A model generated the notes under the pieces. It was not told the origin of the DNA, did no database searches, and worked only from the letters and a program-made list of their open reading frames with translations. From NCBI GenBank assembly GCA_030390025.1, contig CM059432.1, forward strand, positions 24,368,001-24,432,000: 64,000 bases of DNA, given 5' to 3'. Source of the DNA: Squalus acanthias (lineage: Eukaryota). The position numbers and the translations under genes were made by a program. Positions 12,599 to 24,942 of the stretch are shown here, one piece after another; position 1 is the stretch's first letter; every line of letters begins with the position of its first letter.

Positions 12599-12925
12599 GA
12601 GGTCTGACGAAATGTTGGGAATGTTTTTATTAAAGGCCGAGATTCGTCTGATAACTTTTGTTTAGTGTTTTGGCCATTATCTCCAGGTTGTGAGAACCAG
12701 TTATGTTAATTAATGATTTTTTCTGTTTGTTTCTATTAGTTTGTCATGAATAAATGACACACAGAGTTTGTAAAATAAAAAAGTTGTTGTATTGAAAATG
12801 TACATGTTTCGCCTTTGGAATCATTGCTGTCTTGGCCGGCTATAGGTGTTGCAGGTTGCTTTCCATCATGTTGTTCTCCATGCCAGAAGCCATTTCCTGA
12901 GTAGGGGCCTAGAAGCGGCTTGTTA

Positions 12926-14053
12926 TCAGTCTTTGACGGACGGCCCTTGCAGTTTCAACATTGTGGGCCTCCCTCCCGCCTTGGTGCTGCTGCTGATCAT
13001 CCTCTCCTCTTGCTCCTCCTCCGGTGTTGCACCAAGGCCTGGTGGTATTGGCTGGGTCGTGAGGATTGCAAGGTTATGAAGAATGCAGCACACAACTATG
13101 AAGAGGAAGACTCGCTCAGGCGAGTACTGCAGGGCTCCTCCTGAGTGGTCCAGACAGCGGAACCGTTGCTTGAGCATGCCGATCGTCTACTCAATGATGT
13201 TCCTGGTGGCGAGATGGCTCTCATTGTACCACAGCTCAGCAGGGGTGTTGGGATTACGGAGCGGTGTCATCAGCCAGGTTCACAGTGGATAACCCTTGCC
13301 CCCGAGGAGCCAACCACTTGGCTGATGTGCTGCCTGGAAAAGCTCTGGCACACCAGTCTGGCGCAGGATGAAAGCATCGTGGCTGCTGCCAGGATAGCGG
13401 ACATTGACAGCGAGTATCAGCTGTCTGTGGTCACAGACCAACTGGACATTTAAGGAGTGGAACCCCTTGCGGTTTTGGAAAACCTCTGCATTCTCCTGCG
13501 GTGCCCGCAATGCCACATGCGTGGAGTCAATGGCGCCCTGCACCATGGGGATGCCCGCTATCCTCGCAAAGCCCAATGCGCGTTCATGCTGTTTGGCCCG
13601 GGTCATCGGGAAAGAGATGTACTGGCGTCTTCTTTTATAGAGGGCATTTGTGACCTCCCGGATACAGCAATGGACTGCGAACTGGAAGATATTGGCGATG
13701 TCCCCAGTAGCTGCTTGAAAGGAGCTAGTGGCATAAAAATTCATAGCCACTGTGATCTTCACTGCCACCGACAGAGACGTCCTGGTCCTCAGCAGAGGCT
13801 GCAGATCTGGCTGCTGCAGGTGGCAGAGCTCAGTGACCACCTCCTTGCTGAAGCGCAGCCTGTGCAAACACTGCTCCTCAGACAAATGAATGTAGGAGAA
13901 TTATTCCCAGAGTACTCTGGGAGGGTAAGGTCTCCTGTACAGAGGCCTGTTGGCCCTCCTCCGTCTGGCCATGATTGCCACACTCTCTCTGCATCTCTGA
14001 TGCCTCTGATTCTGCAGGCGCAGGACGATGCCCTGAATAAGTGCAGCCCCCTT
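12926..14053 (-). pseudogene. Harbinger (HARBI1-like, DDE_Tnp_4) transposase with in-frame stops
   Basis: [44 protein letters not shown] (D>G), LKQRFRCLD. ORFs 13901-14122, 13280-13885 and 12926-13177 are in one frame. Confidence 0.92.
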
Positions 14054-15339
14054 AGTCTTTTGACAATCGAAGTAATGAAGGTCAAATCCAAAAGAACCTG
14101 CAAAGTCATGCTCAGTAGCCAAAACTACTTCACACAGCGTTGACTCTATGCAGAGGTCTCTCTATCTCTCTCTCTCTCTCTCTCTGTCAGAATGAGTGGT
14201 GCAAAAATGTCTCCCACAAAAAAGGCAGGAAGAGGGCAGCTTTAAATAGCGCTCCCCCAGCCCCTTCCCGACTGCAAAACATTCCATTCTCCCTGTCGTT
14301 ACTTGCGGCAGGCGGAAAGGAGGGGGGAGCCACTCAATATCCGGTCCGGGGTGCCACCGGGGCGTTGCACGCTCGACTGACGTCACGTTCTGCGGGTGCA
14401 GGAGATCGGAGCGGTAGAGTTTTGCACCGCCGCAAAAACCCTGGTCAATTTCACGAGCGGCGCAAACATCACCGCGCCCAGGCGCTAGTTGCGTTGCGCC
14501 CCATTAGCGACCTCTTAGGGAACTAACGGGAGGCGCTAAGCAACCGAATTTTTGATCTCTTCTTCATGTCCACCATGTTAGTCTCCCTAATAAATACTGA
14601 GGATAAGTAATTAATTAATATTTCTGCCATTTCGCTGTCGTTACCTATGGGTTTATTGTGTGTATTCCTTAGTGGCCCTATCCCTGTCCTAATTTTTCTT
14701 TTGTTATTTAGGTGTCTGTAGAATATTTTACTATTTCTTTTTATATTCCTTGATAATTTAATTTTGTAGTTTCTCTTTGCTTTCCTAATTGTTTTCTTAA
14801 CTTCTTTCCTGACCTTTTTGTATTCCCTCTTGTCATCCTCTCCTTTGTTGTCTATGTACTTAGTCTATGCCTTTTACTTTTGTTTCAATTTTGGCCTTAT
14901 TTCTTTATTTATCCATGGTGTGTCATTACTGGCTAGTTTGTTCCTGCTTTTGAGTGTGAAATATTTCTCCTGGACTCTATTAATCACCATTTTAAATGTT
15001 TCCCACTGCTGTTCTATTTCTTTTTTTGTCAGTAAATTTTTTCAGTTTATATTCCCTTGTTCCATTCTCATCCCCTTAAAATCAGCTTTTTCACTTTATT
15101 ACTTTGGTCTTTGTCTTACTTATGTCCTTCTCAATCATTATCTTCAAACTTGGTTTGTATTCCCTTGAGTTTAGAAGATTAATGGTGATCTAGTCGAGGT
15201 GTTTAAAATGATAAAACGATTTGATAGGATAGATAAATAAATAGAAACTATTTCCTCTGGTGGGGGAATCCAGAACAAGGGGGCATAATCTTAAAATTAG
15301 ATCCAGGCCATTCAGGAGTGAAATCAGGAAGCCATTCTT

Positions 15340-16590
15340 ATAGAAACATAGAACATAGAAAAATAGGAGCAGGAGTAGGCCATTTGGCCCTTCGAGCCTG
15401 CTCCGCCATTCAATATGACCATGGCTGATCCTCTATCTCAATACCCGCTCTCTCCCCATACCCCTTGATGCCTTTTGTGTCTAGAAATCTATCTATCTCC
15501 TTCTTAAATATATTCAGTGACTTGGCCTCCACAGCCTTCTGTGGTAGAGAATTCCACAGGTTCACCACCCTTTGAGTGAAGAAATTTCTCCTCATCTCAG
15601 TCCTAAATGTCCTACCCTGTATCCTGAGACTGTAACCCCTCGTTCTAGAACCCCCAGCCAGGGGAAACATCCTCCCTGCATCCAGTCTCTCTAGCCCTGT
15701 CAGAATTTTATACGTTTCAATGAGATCCCCTCTCATTCTTCTAAACTCTAGTGAATACAGGCCTAGTCGACCCAATCTCTTCTCATACGACAGTCCTGCC
15801 ATCCCAGGAATCAGTCTGGTGAACCTTCGCTGCACTCCCTTTATGGCAAATATATCCTCTCTTAGGTAAGGAGACCAAAACTGTACCCAGTACTCCAGGT
15901 GTGGTCTCACCAAGGCCCTGTATAACTGTAGTAAGACATCGTTGCTCCTGTACTCAAATCCTCTTGCAATGAAGGCCAACATACCATTTGCCTTCCTAAC
16001 TGCTTGCTGCACCTGCATGTTTGCTTTCAGTGACTGGTGTACAAGGACACCCAGGTCCCTCTGTACATCAACATTTCCCAATCTATCACCATTTAAATAA
16101 TACTCTGCCTTTCTGTTTTTCCTACCGAAGTGGATAACTTCACATTTATTCATGTTATACTGCATCTGCCATGTATTTGCCCACTCACTCAACTTAACTA
16201 AATCGCTTTGAAGCCTCTTTGCATCCTCCTCACAACTCACAATCCCACCTAGTTTCATGTCGTCAGCAAACTTGGAAAAATTACATTTGGTTTCCTCATC
16301 CTCATCATTGATATATATTGTGAATAGCTGGGGCCCAAGCACTGATCCCTGCGGTACCCCACTAGTCACCGCCTGCCACCCCGAAAAAGACCCATTTATT
16401 CCTACTCTCTGTTTTCTGTCTGTTAACCAATTTTCAATCCATACCAGTATATTACTCCCAATCCCATGTGCTTTAATTTTGCACAATAACCTCTTATGTG
16501 GGACTTTATCAAAGGCCTTCTGAAAATCCAAATACACCACATCCACTGGTTCTCCCTTATCTATTCTACCAGTTACATCCTCAAAAGACT
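15340..16590 (-). mobile_element. Young CR1 LINE 3' ~1.25 kb with open RT/C-terminal frame
   Basis: ORF 15410-16636 (YLDFQKAFDKVPH, SGVPQGSVLGP, FADD); tail revcomp of (ATAGAAAC)n at 15340. Confidence 0.95.
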
Positions 16591-17669
16591 CCACCTTCAC
16601 ACAAAATGTGGTAGAAATCTGGAGCTCTCCCCCCAAAAAAAACTGCGGATACTGAGTTAATTGAAGCTTTTAAGACTGAGATTGATAGAATTTTGTTAGG
16701 TTAGGGTATCAAGAGATATGGCGCAAAGGCGGGTAAATGGGGTTGAGGTGTTGATCAGCCTTGATCTAGTTGAATGATGCTTAACCCAAAAATGGGGAAA
16801 TCCAACAGGGTAGGCAGTTGCATTTTTTTCAAGATTCTAATGAGGCTTCATCTGGCCAGAGCGCAGTCTTCCTCACAGTCCTGAAAGTCTAGGCTCCATA
16901 TCAGATATTTCTGCATCCCTAACACATGGGCCTGCAGACCCATTTTTATAGTTCAGTCTTGTTCCTACCGAGGAGAAAGCCTTGCACAATAGGCTCAATA
17001 GACTAAATCTAACTATCTGACAATGTGGTATTTACTCACTTTTGGATTAGACTGAACCTGGGCTCCAGTGCACTATATTATATTTAAGAGCTAATTTTTA
17101 ATCCCATGGTTGTTATCTCACTAATGGTGTCCATAAGGATGAGGCTTTGCTTCCTAGGAGGCTTGGACTGCTTATGTAAACAGCCTTTTTGCTATGAACG
17201 CAAGTTGAAAATATTGGGAGAAAACATGAACCATAATTGCACCTTTCAAGAGTTTGCTGAAAGCCCAGTTGGACTGCTAGACTGCTGGTTCTCCTTCCAT
17301 TAGCCACTCCATTCTGTAAGGCAGCTGAACCACAGTTTATGGCCATCTATCTAATGCGAGGAACCTGTTCCTTGTTTTTTGGCCTGTGGGTCTCCCTATT
17401 ACCAATGGAGTCCAGCAGCGTTAAAAGGACTGGCTCCCCAACACAGCATGTAAAAAGAGGAGAGAAACATCATCAATAATCCTTAGCAACATAAAAGTGC
17501 TCACATACTCCTGATGCTGTGCTGGACAAAATGGCGCAGTTTCGTCAAGCTGCAAAGACACTGACCAAGCAATGACTTGCCTCAGATATTTATTTTTAAG
17601 ATGCAAGTGCAGTAATCAGGAACATTCAAGGGGATTTGAGGCTGAAGGTTTTTCATCGACAGCTTATGT

Positions 17670-17910
17670 AAAGTTGCTTAGTGGTTGCGGTACTAGCCTA
17701 GCAAACAGAGGTCTTGAGTTCAAATTCTACCAGGCCAAGTTGTGAAGCTGAATTCAATAAATCTGGTAATTTGTGGGTTGGGACCAGAGAAAATGTCCCT
17801 GAAAGCTTCTGTATTGTTGAACAAACCCAATTGGTTCACTAATATCCTTCAGGGAAGAGAACCTACTCCCCTCTTCATGGTACGGCATACATGTGACTCC
17901 AGTTCCGCAC
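17670..17910 (+). mobile_element. Probable degenerate tRNA-derived SINE
   Basis: A-box-like TGCTTAGTGG and B-box-like GAGTTCAAATT; family not identified. Confidence 0.35.
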
Positions 17911-17913
17911 TAT

Positions 17914-19655
17914 GGCCGTAATTTTGCCAGCCGTGGTGAGTCCAGTGTGGCCGGAGTAGGAAGCGACATCAAACCCTGCTCCCATCTTCATCCCGCCTCC
18001 TCCAAGTGATTTTGCCCTGATTGGGCTTGTTAAGCCCGCCCTGCGAGTTTCCCGGCCAATTAAAAAGAAGCAGGCCTAATGACATCATCTGATGACGCGT
18101 CCTTAAAGGGGCCATGTCCACATTCATTTTGACAGTTGTGCTGTCAGTGCTCTACAGCATTGAGCTGCAGCAAATACTGACAAGCACTCCACAGAAGTGC
18201 AGGGCTGCACCGAGACTCTCCCACGCAGGGAGGTTCTCTTCCCTTCCAATGGGTGGAAGAGACCTCCCCAGGACACCAACACAGCCTGGTTACACATTGC
18301 ACAGGAGGGCACAAGCAGGGATGTTGTCAGGAGGACCTGGCTGCAGTGGTGCAAACCTTTCAATGATCTCAGTAGATCACGAAACGTTACTGCAAAGCCA
18401 CACTCAACCTCATCCTCCTGTGCCACTCATCACATCCCCATCACTCTGCCTTCCCTACCCTACTCCTGCACATCCTTACTCACACCAACTTACCTTACAC
18501 CTCTATCCATCCCTCTCTATCTACATTATCACTTCCCCATCTCACTAGCCACCCCTTATACTCACCCTCATCCTTGTCCAATCATTCAAACTAACAACAC
18601 ACAAGGGTTCGCACTTGTGTACTTTAGCCAATGTTCATGTAAAGTTTCTGTTAATATGTTGTCAAGCATTGAAATCCTTATTTTCACCCCTTGCCTTCTT
18701 GGACAGATTTGTGTGCACCTTTGAAAGTGTCTTAGTGAGTTGCCGTGAATGGTGAGACATAACGTCCCCACCCACCCCACCACCAACCAATGGAGGTGAG
18801 TGTGAAACGAATGACTTGGACATTGTAGGAATGCTTTATGGTGCTGGTGTGGGGTGGTACCAACTTGGTGCATCATGTGGCAGCCAGGGTGTACAGTGTT
18901 AAGTGAAGCAAATCTGGACATGGTGAGGCCATTCCTGGCGTCCCGGGCAGCAATGTGCATGGGTGATGATGGCCTGTGCCCAGTGCAGCATCAGTTGATT
19001 GCGGAGAAGGTTGGTGTTGATGTTGGTGCTGCTGGTGTGCCTGGTGATGCTGGTGTTGGGGCTGATCGTGGTGGGATTCTGAGGACCAAGGTGAGATTTT
19101 TTCAAGGGCACCGATGCTGATGGAATAGATGGCAGGTGACGTTGAGATGACAGAAGCGATGTGTCAATGGTGAGAAAGGTTGTTCCACTGAGGTGACACT
19201 GGATAGAGAGTTTGCTCCAAACACTTGCCAGCTGCATAAAGCTCAATCTGTCTTCTGAATGCAGTAAGCAACAGCTTCTAACCTTGGAAAGTGAAGACCT
19301 ATGAAATGGGAGCTTTCATAGAACATTTGCAGCTGTCAGGTTAGTAAATCATTCCATGCTGACACAAAACCCGACCTACTTACCTGACGTGATCCCCGCG
19401 CTCCGGGAAACTTGTGGAAAAGCTGGTAAAATGGTAAGTACATGGGAAAATGGTGCTTAACTACCTTTTATTAAGCTTTTAAGTATCTAAATTGGCTGAC
19501 CTGCTACTTGGTGTCGGGTCTGTTTAGGGATGACACTTGGGAAACTGACAAGGAGGTGGGTTTACAACGGGGTACCGACCCGCCGTCAATCTTTTTGATT
19601 TTGACAGCAGACCTGCCTCCAAACCTGCATTCTGAGCGCCGGCAAAATTCCGGCC
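17914..19655. mobile_element. Internally deleted Harbinger element (GGCCG-TIR subfamily)
   Basis: TIRs GGCCGTAATTTTGCC / GGCAAAATTCCGGCC, TSD TAT. Myb remnant EVLFPSNGWKRPPQDTNTAWLHIAQE..RTWLQWCKPFNDL (18197-18370). Transposase C-terminal remnant ARDARNGLTMSRFA on minus. Confidence 0.85.
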
Positions 19656-20208
19656 TATATGGCTGATGCTTAATCCTCGCTGGGATGGGCAATAAATACT
19701 GCCTTTTCTGTGTTGGCCACATACCAAGTACTAATAGAAAAAAAAACACCCTAATGTTCTAAAATTTAATGTCTTGTTTCAAAACAGACCAAACCTCCCT
19801 ATTCTATGTGGAGAACTTTGCTCATGTATAGAATATTCCTGTGCAATATTTACACTCTCTATAGAGGAGATAGATGCAAATGATGAAAGCTTGCTCCTGC
19901 CTTTCACACTATTTAATCTAACAGAGCAGACTGTAAGGTAACAGTTTGCCAACTGATGAAATATGGAGAAGAACAGGTAGGTTCTATCCTTCTGATGTCA
20001 GTGCAAACGCTCTGTCTTGCATCTCGTCAAGAATTTCTGAAAACAATTCTTTTTGTGGACTTTGGGGACTAAATCTAAAAAAATATAGAAGCGTTAGCTC
20101 CAAAAAGAAAACAAGGATCATTTTCAGGGGTAGTTTTTGCCCTTAGCTAACTGGTTTTGTGATATAATGGAGCAGTCAGACACAGACAGCAAGCTGATGG
20201 AAGACTAT

Positions 20209-20945
20209 GGGGTAGAAATTAGGTCGCGCCCCATTTGGGGCGCAAATATCGTCCGGACGCAAATATTAGCGCCTGGCGCTAATTATCGGCACTGACAGGA
20301 AACTTCACTTTTACCGCCCCGGGAGGTGAGTGGAGCGCTAAAGCAGGCGCTGCACACCTCTCTTAAGGCGCAAAGGCCGAGCAGTGAGGCGCTAACTCGG
20401 AGCGCTGGCGAAGCTCATGTAATGTCAGTCAGCAATGGAACACACACACAATGGCACGGGCCAGTTCTTAAAGGGGATGGTTAATCTTGCTTTCCATCCA
20501 CATCCTGTTCATTGCTGCCTTGAATCTCGGCCTGGAGAGACTTGCACATCAAATGTGCTGGAAAGAACAATGGAGAGCACCAGGCAAAGAGCTCAGAGTG
20601 CAGCTCCCACGGTCTCTGCTAAATCGATACAAGGAATGGCAAATCAAAATGAACCTGCAAAGTGCTGCTCAGTACCCAAAACTCCTTCACACAACGTTGA
20701 ATCTCTCCAGAAGTCTCTCCCTCTCTCTCTCAGAATGCGTAGTTCAAAAATGCCACCAACAATAAAAGACCGGAAGAGGCCCCCTTTAAATAGCGCCCCC
20801 CCCAGCCCCACAGCGATTGATAGCGTTCCAGTCTTCTGGTCGTTGGAAGCGCCAGGCGGTAAGGCAGGGGGCGCCACTCAATTTCCGCTACGGGGCGCCC
20901 CAAGGGCGTTGCACCATGGAATGACGTCACAATCTGCGCGCGCAG
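20209..20945 (+). mobile_element. Non-autonomous Harbinger derivative, right end truncated, mosaic
   Basis: First ~190 bp nearly identical to revcomp of 1960-2149; the remainder matches the 44646-45524 MITE. Confidence 0.85.
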
Positions 20946-21088
20946 AGTTAACGTTTCAGGTCGATGACCTTTTGCCAGAACTGGATTTCTGATGTTTTCC
21001 AAACTCACTATAGTGTAGCATGTCCTGTTACCTGGAGTATTGATATAGAGCAATAGCTCAGTAAAGCAAAAAAAATTAGAAATGCGCT

Positions 21089-21863
21089 GGCCTAGAAATT
21101 CGATGGCTCTGCGCCTGTTTTTTGGGCGCTAAATGGGCGCCAAACCTCCAATATGGCTAGCAGAAAGTGCACTATCATTACGAGCCGGTAGCTGTGCTGC
21201 CCATCATAGTGGCACAAGCAAAAACATAGGTGTCCAGACCCGCGCCTGAAACAGACGTTAGACCTTTTGCATATGTGAATAAAGGGCCCAACTTTTGTTT
21301 AAGGCCCCCTCTGCAAATTTCAGCCAGCGTCAGCTGAATTCAGGAAAACCAGGTCTACATGTGGCCTAAAAGGCGGTCCTTAAGGAACCGCTGCAGGCCG
21401 CAAACAAAAAGGTAAGTTTGTTAAAAATACTTATTTGAATGTGGAGCCGGGAGGAGCAGGTGTGTTCCGCCCACCTCCACATTCAAACCACACAGGCCGC
21501 AGCCGGCCATCACTCGGACCCTCCCTCCAAACATGATCGTGACCCTCCCCCGCCCCCGAATCACCGCTGCCACTCTCCCCAATCACAGACGTCACCTTCC
21601 CCAAACCCAGCCACCACTACTCTCCTTCCGAATCACGGTCCCTGTCGGTCGCCCCCTCTCTTAGGAATTTGCTGAAGGCCGCAGCCAACGACGCAGCGGC
21701 CCGATATTTGAGGCCTTTTCTCTGGTGAGCTGCTTGCGGATGCCCATTAGCTTTCCGCAGCTCTCTGGTTTGAGGCCCAATATTAGGCTCTATCCAGTCA
21801 AGCGTAGGAATCGTGCTCCGCGAACTTTGCATAACCGTTTATGGGCACAAATGAATTTTCTCC
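21089..21863. mobile_element. Probable degenerate Harbinger-type MITE
   Basis: Starts GGCCTAGAAATTCG, ends GAATTTTCTCC; GC-rich interior similar to other non-autonomous elements here. TSD not clear. Confidence 0.4.
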
Positions 21864-22505
21864 TCTTCACTGACTAAGTAAATAATACAGAAACGACTTA
21901 AAACCAGATTACTGAATACTTTGCCGCATGAGGCACTCTGCAAGTTTGAGGAAGAGTTTTTATGACTTCAAATCCATTAAGAAAATTAACTCAGACTCGT
22001 GGTCAATATTACAATCCTGTGAGCCATAGACTACGGCTGGGTTTTGGCAGAATCCCAGCGCATATTGATCTTGGCAGGAGTTTCACCTGTTACAACGATG
22101 CGGCCCTAACCCTGTCTGATTTCATGAGATCAGGTTCTTTTGCATAATTGATGCAGAGTCCAGCAAGGCCAAGGGATCCACCTGACGTGCTGCCGTGAAT
22201 GGCTGCGACGCATCTCAGAAGACTGCCTCAGCATACTGCGGCTGGTGGCCTCTGTGTCGGCCAAGGAAATGATTTTTAATTTAAAAAATAGCATCTTAGC
22301 ATACAATCAGAGAATTGAGCATCCTGCAATTGATTGTCCAGGCTGAGGTAGCCCTTTCATTTGCAAATTCCTCCCTGCCCCGCCCTTAGCAACACTTTAT
22401 GCAATAAGTGCACAGATGTTGTTTGAGACCAACATCGCTCGGGTGCAAATCAGAGAAATTATATTGCACCAAAGAAAGGGAAAAAAAGCAACTTGCATTT
22501 ATATT

Positions 22506-23195
22506 GGGGTGGAAACTGCGATCGGAGGCTTGCCGGCAAACGCCTCCGAACCGCAAGAAAACTCCGCACCTATCTGATTGGTCCGGACCTTCGAAGACTC
22601 GTGCTCCTGGGTCTGCAGTCGTACACCTGCGTAAAGGCCCACGTATCCCAGAGCACATACGGTTCGCAAGCGTCCCTGGGATCACGTGGGCCAGCCCATC
22701 ACAAAGGGGGATTCCCATTATGCTTACGGGGATTCCATTTACGTACGGAATCTTCATAAGCATAATAGGAATCACCCAAAAAATACATTTTCACAACACT
22801 TAAATAAAATAAATCATCACAGGTTCAAAATTAATGAAAATACCATTTAATTAAACATTTAAAATAAAAATTAAACGTTTTGAAAAATAAATTTAACATT
22901 TTTAAAACAGGACAAAATTAACCTAAACTAATTTTTACATTTATTTTAACCCTTACGCTGGTAAAAGAAGGCCTTACGGGTAAAACAAACCCTTACCAGG
23001 CGTAAGGGTTTGGTGGGTATTCGCTGGGCAGTAGCTGGACAAATAGCCCAACTCTGCGCCAGCGAATGTCAATTTCCAGTGGCTGGGTATGATCTGCCCA
23101 GCAGAAACTTGACAGATCGCAAGTTCCGGGTTTTCGTGCACGCGCTTTGCATGTGGAAACCCGGAACTTGCGGAGCACTTACGATGGCGTACACT
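22506..23195. mobile_element. Probable non-autonomous DNA transposon fragment
   Basis: GGGGTGGAAACTGCG start. Interior AAGTTCCGGG...CCCGGAACTT palindrome resembles AACTTCCGGA...TCCGGAAGCT in the 60587-61339 MITE. Confidence 0.35.
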
Positions 23196-24307
23196 GTGCT
23201 TTTTGAAGTGTAATCACTTTTGAAAGGTCTCACAACCAACAACAAAATACATTACCAGATAACCTGTCCTTTAGTGATGTTGGTTCAGTACTGCACTGGA
23301 GTATTTTCATCATATGATTAGTATTTGAATACGCCAGGTTATGTATTCTATACCATCCTCAACTACTGATGGAACAGCTCCCAAACAATTCTCTGCCAAA
23401 TTCTACCTGTCTTATGCTGGGAACCTGGCATACTTGAGCAGAACATCTAGTCCTGTGTGTTCAATCACCCTTTTGGAAAGGAATGTATATGTTTGTCTTC
23501 TAAATATCGTATCTTAGAACATTACAACACAAGGATTGTAGTTGCAGTAAATGCTGGGTTCAAAAAAGGAACTGGATAAACATCTGGGGAGACTGAGATT
23601 ATAGTTTATCGGGATAAATTCAGAATAAGATTTTATACTCCACTGGGATGCAAAGTTACCTCTGCTGATGGGATTGCGGAGAGCATCATCTGTGGAGGGC
23701 AGCTGGCCTGGGTTGACCATGGAAATGAAACAATGGATAAATATTATGGGATTTTTCTTGGATCTCTTTGGTGACCGTGAAGCAACTATCCTAAATTTTC
23801 TTCAGTAGATTAATAGGAGGGGTATAGTCCACGATAGAGAAAATTATTTACGGTCTGAGGAATAAGTCGACTTGAGGGGCTGAATAACACTTTCTTCTTC
23901 CCTGCTTCTTAATGGTTTTATTATTTTTATTTTTGTAGTATCATAAGACTGAAGATGGGTCTTCAAGACAGTCTGTACAACAAAATAAGAACATGTTTTC
24001 CACTATGGTTACAGAATGTCAGCATCAAATACCCCAGGGTCGAATATAGCAAAACATGCAGAACAAAGTTCTCTTGATCCAGTTTCTGCAGAGCAAATAA
24101 AAAGCTGCATCATATTACAAAATCAGCAGAGTATAATTTGGAAGATGTCAAGCTGAAACTTTGTAGTTTCGGGTCAGACTGCATCTTGGGCAAGCTCACA
24201 GGGGAGTGCCAGTCAGAGAATCAGAGCTACAGTACTGTAACATCTTCAAACCATGCTCCTTGTGAGTGCAGCTCCCTGCTGCTAGACCAGGATTGGGGAT
24301 TTACCTC

Positions 24308-24430
24308 TAAAAGAAAGACATACTTGCATTTATATAGCGCCTTTCTCGACCTTCGGACGCCCCAAAGCGCTTTACAGCCAATGAAGTACTTTGTAAAGTG
24401 TAGTCACTGTTGTAATGTAGGAAATATCGC
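24308..24430 (-). mobile_element. DeuSINE 3' tail fragment
   Basis: Matches 42150-42245 (AAAGAAAGAC..TTGCATTTATATAGCGCC...CCCAAAGCGCTTTACAGCC...TGTTGTAATGTAGGAAA). Confidence 0.65.
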
Positions 24431-24942
24431 TTGAATAATAGGCCCTGTTTTGGCCACTGAAAAACATTCAAACTGTGGAGGCAATGCAGTGAAGATCCTG
24501 AGGGTCAGAGAATTAAGTTATTTGGAAAAACATGAGAAACTTGGGCTCTTCTGCCCTGAAAAGAAATGACTGAGAAGGAATGGAAGTGTATAAGATAAAA
24601 CATGTAAACCTAGCATGTCACTGCAAAGTTAACTGACAATAGGGGGGAGAAAACACAGATTCACACTAGACGATACCCAGCTATATCTCACGACCACCTC
24701 TACCTCACCACCACCTCTCTTGACCCTCCACTGCTTCTGATTTCTCCTGCTGCTTGTCCGACATCCAGTATTGCAAGAGCAGAAATTTCCTCCAAATAAA
24801 TATCGGGAAGGCGAATGCCATTGCCTTCGGCCCCCCGCCACAAACTCTGTTCCATAGGCACCAATTACATCCCTCTCCCTGGGCACCGTCTGTTCCCAGC
24901 CTCGGAGTCCTATTTGAACCTAATCTGAGCTTCCGACCACGT

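Larger units (their letters stand above)
10384..14553. mobile_element. Near-complete PIF/Harbinger transposon (~4.2 kb) with two convergent genes
   Basis: Left TIR GGGGGAGAAATTCGGT; right TIR ACCGAATTTT with the terminal C-run lost. Myb gene on plus, DDE transposase on minus. Confidence 0.93.
8568..15145 (-). mobile_element. CR1 LINE fragment, interrupted by a Penelope-like insert and a Harbinger element
   Basis: 3' end near 8570 and degenerate RT through 10383. Continues after 14554 with revcomp EMAEILINYLSSVFIRE. Confidence 0.8.
7860..16780 (+). mobile_element. Older CR1 copy split into three pieces (7860-8567, 15146-15340, ~16590-16780) by nested insertions
   Basis: Reading YEDRLHKL|GLYSLEFRRL resumes across 8567/15146 with duplicated AAACTTG (8561-8567, 15146-15152), and resumes again at ~16590 (FTQNVVEIW). 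Confidence 0.75.

Noticed and set aside
12926..14053. Domesticated host HARBI1 / NAIF1 / MSANTD genes
   Set aside because: Multiple stop-containing copies lie within TIR-bounded elements, so these are transposon genes.
13457..14143. 228-aa plus-strand ORF and similar antisense ORFs
   Set aside because: They are shadow frames of transposase or RT coding sequence.
15410..16636. Intact 408-aa RT gene
   Set aside because: It is a 5'-truncated CR1; the ORF start comes from the flanking opposite-strand CR1 and there is no endonuclease.
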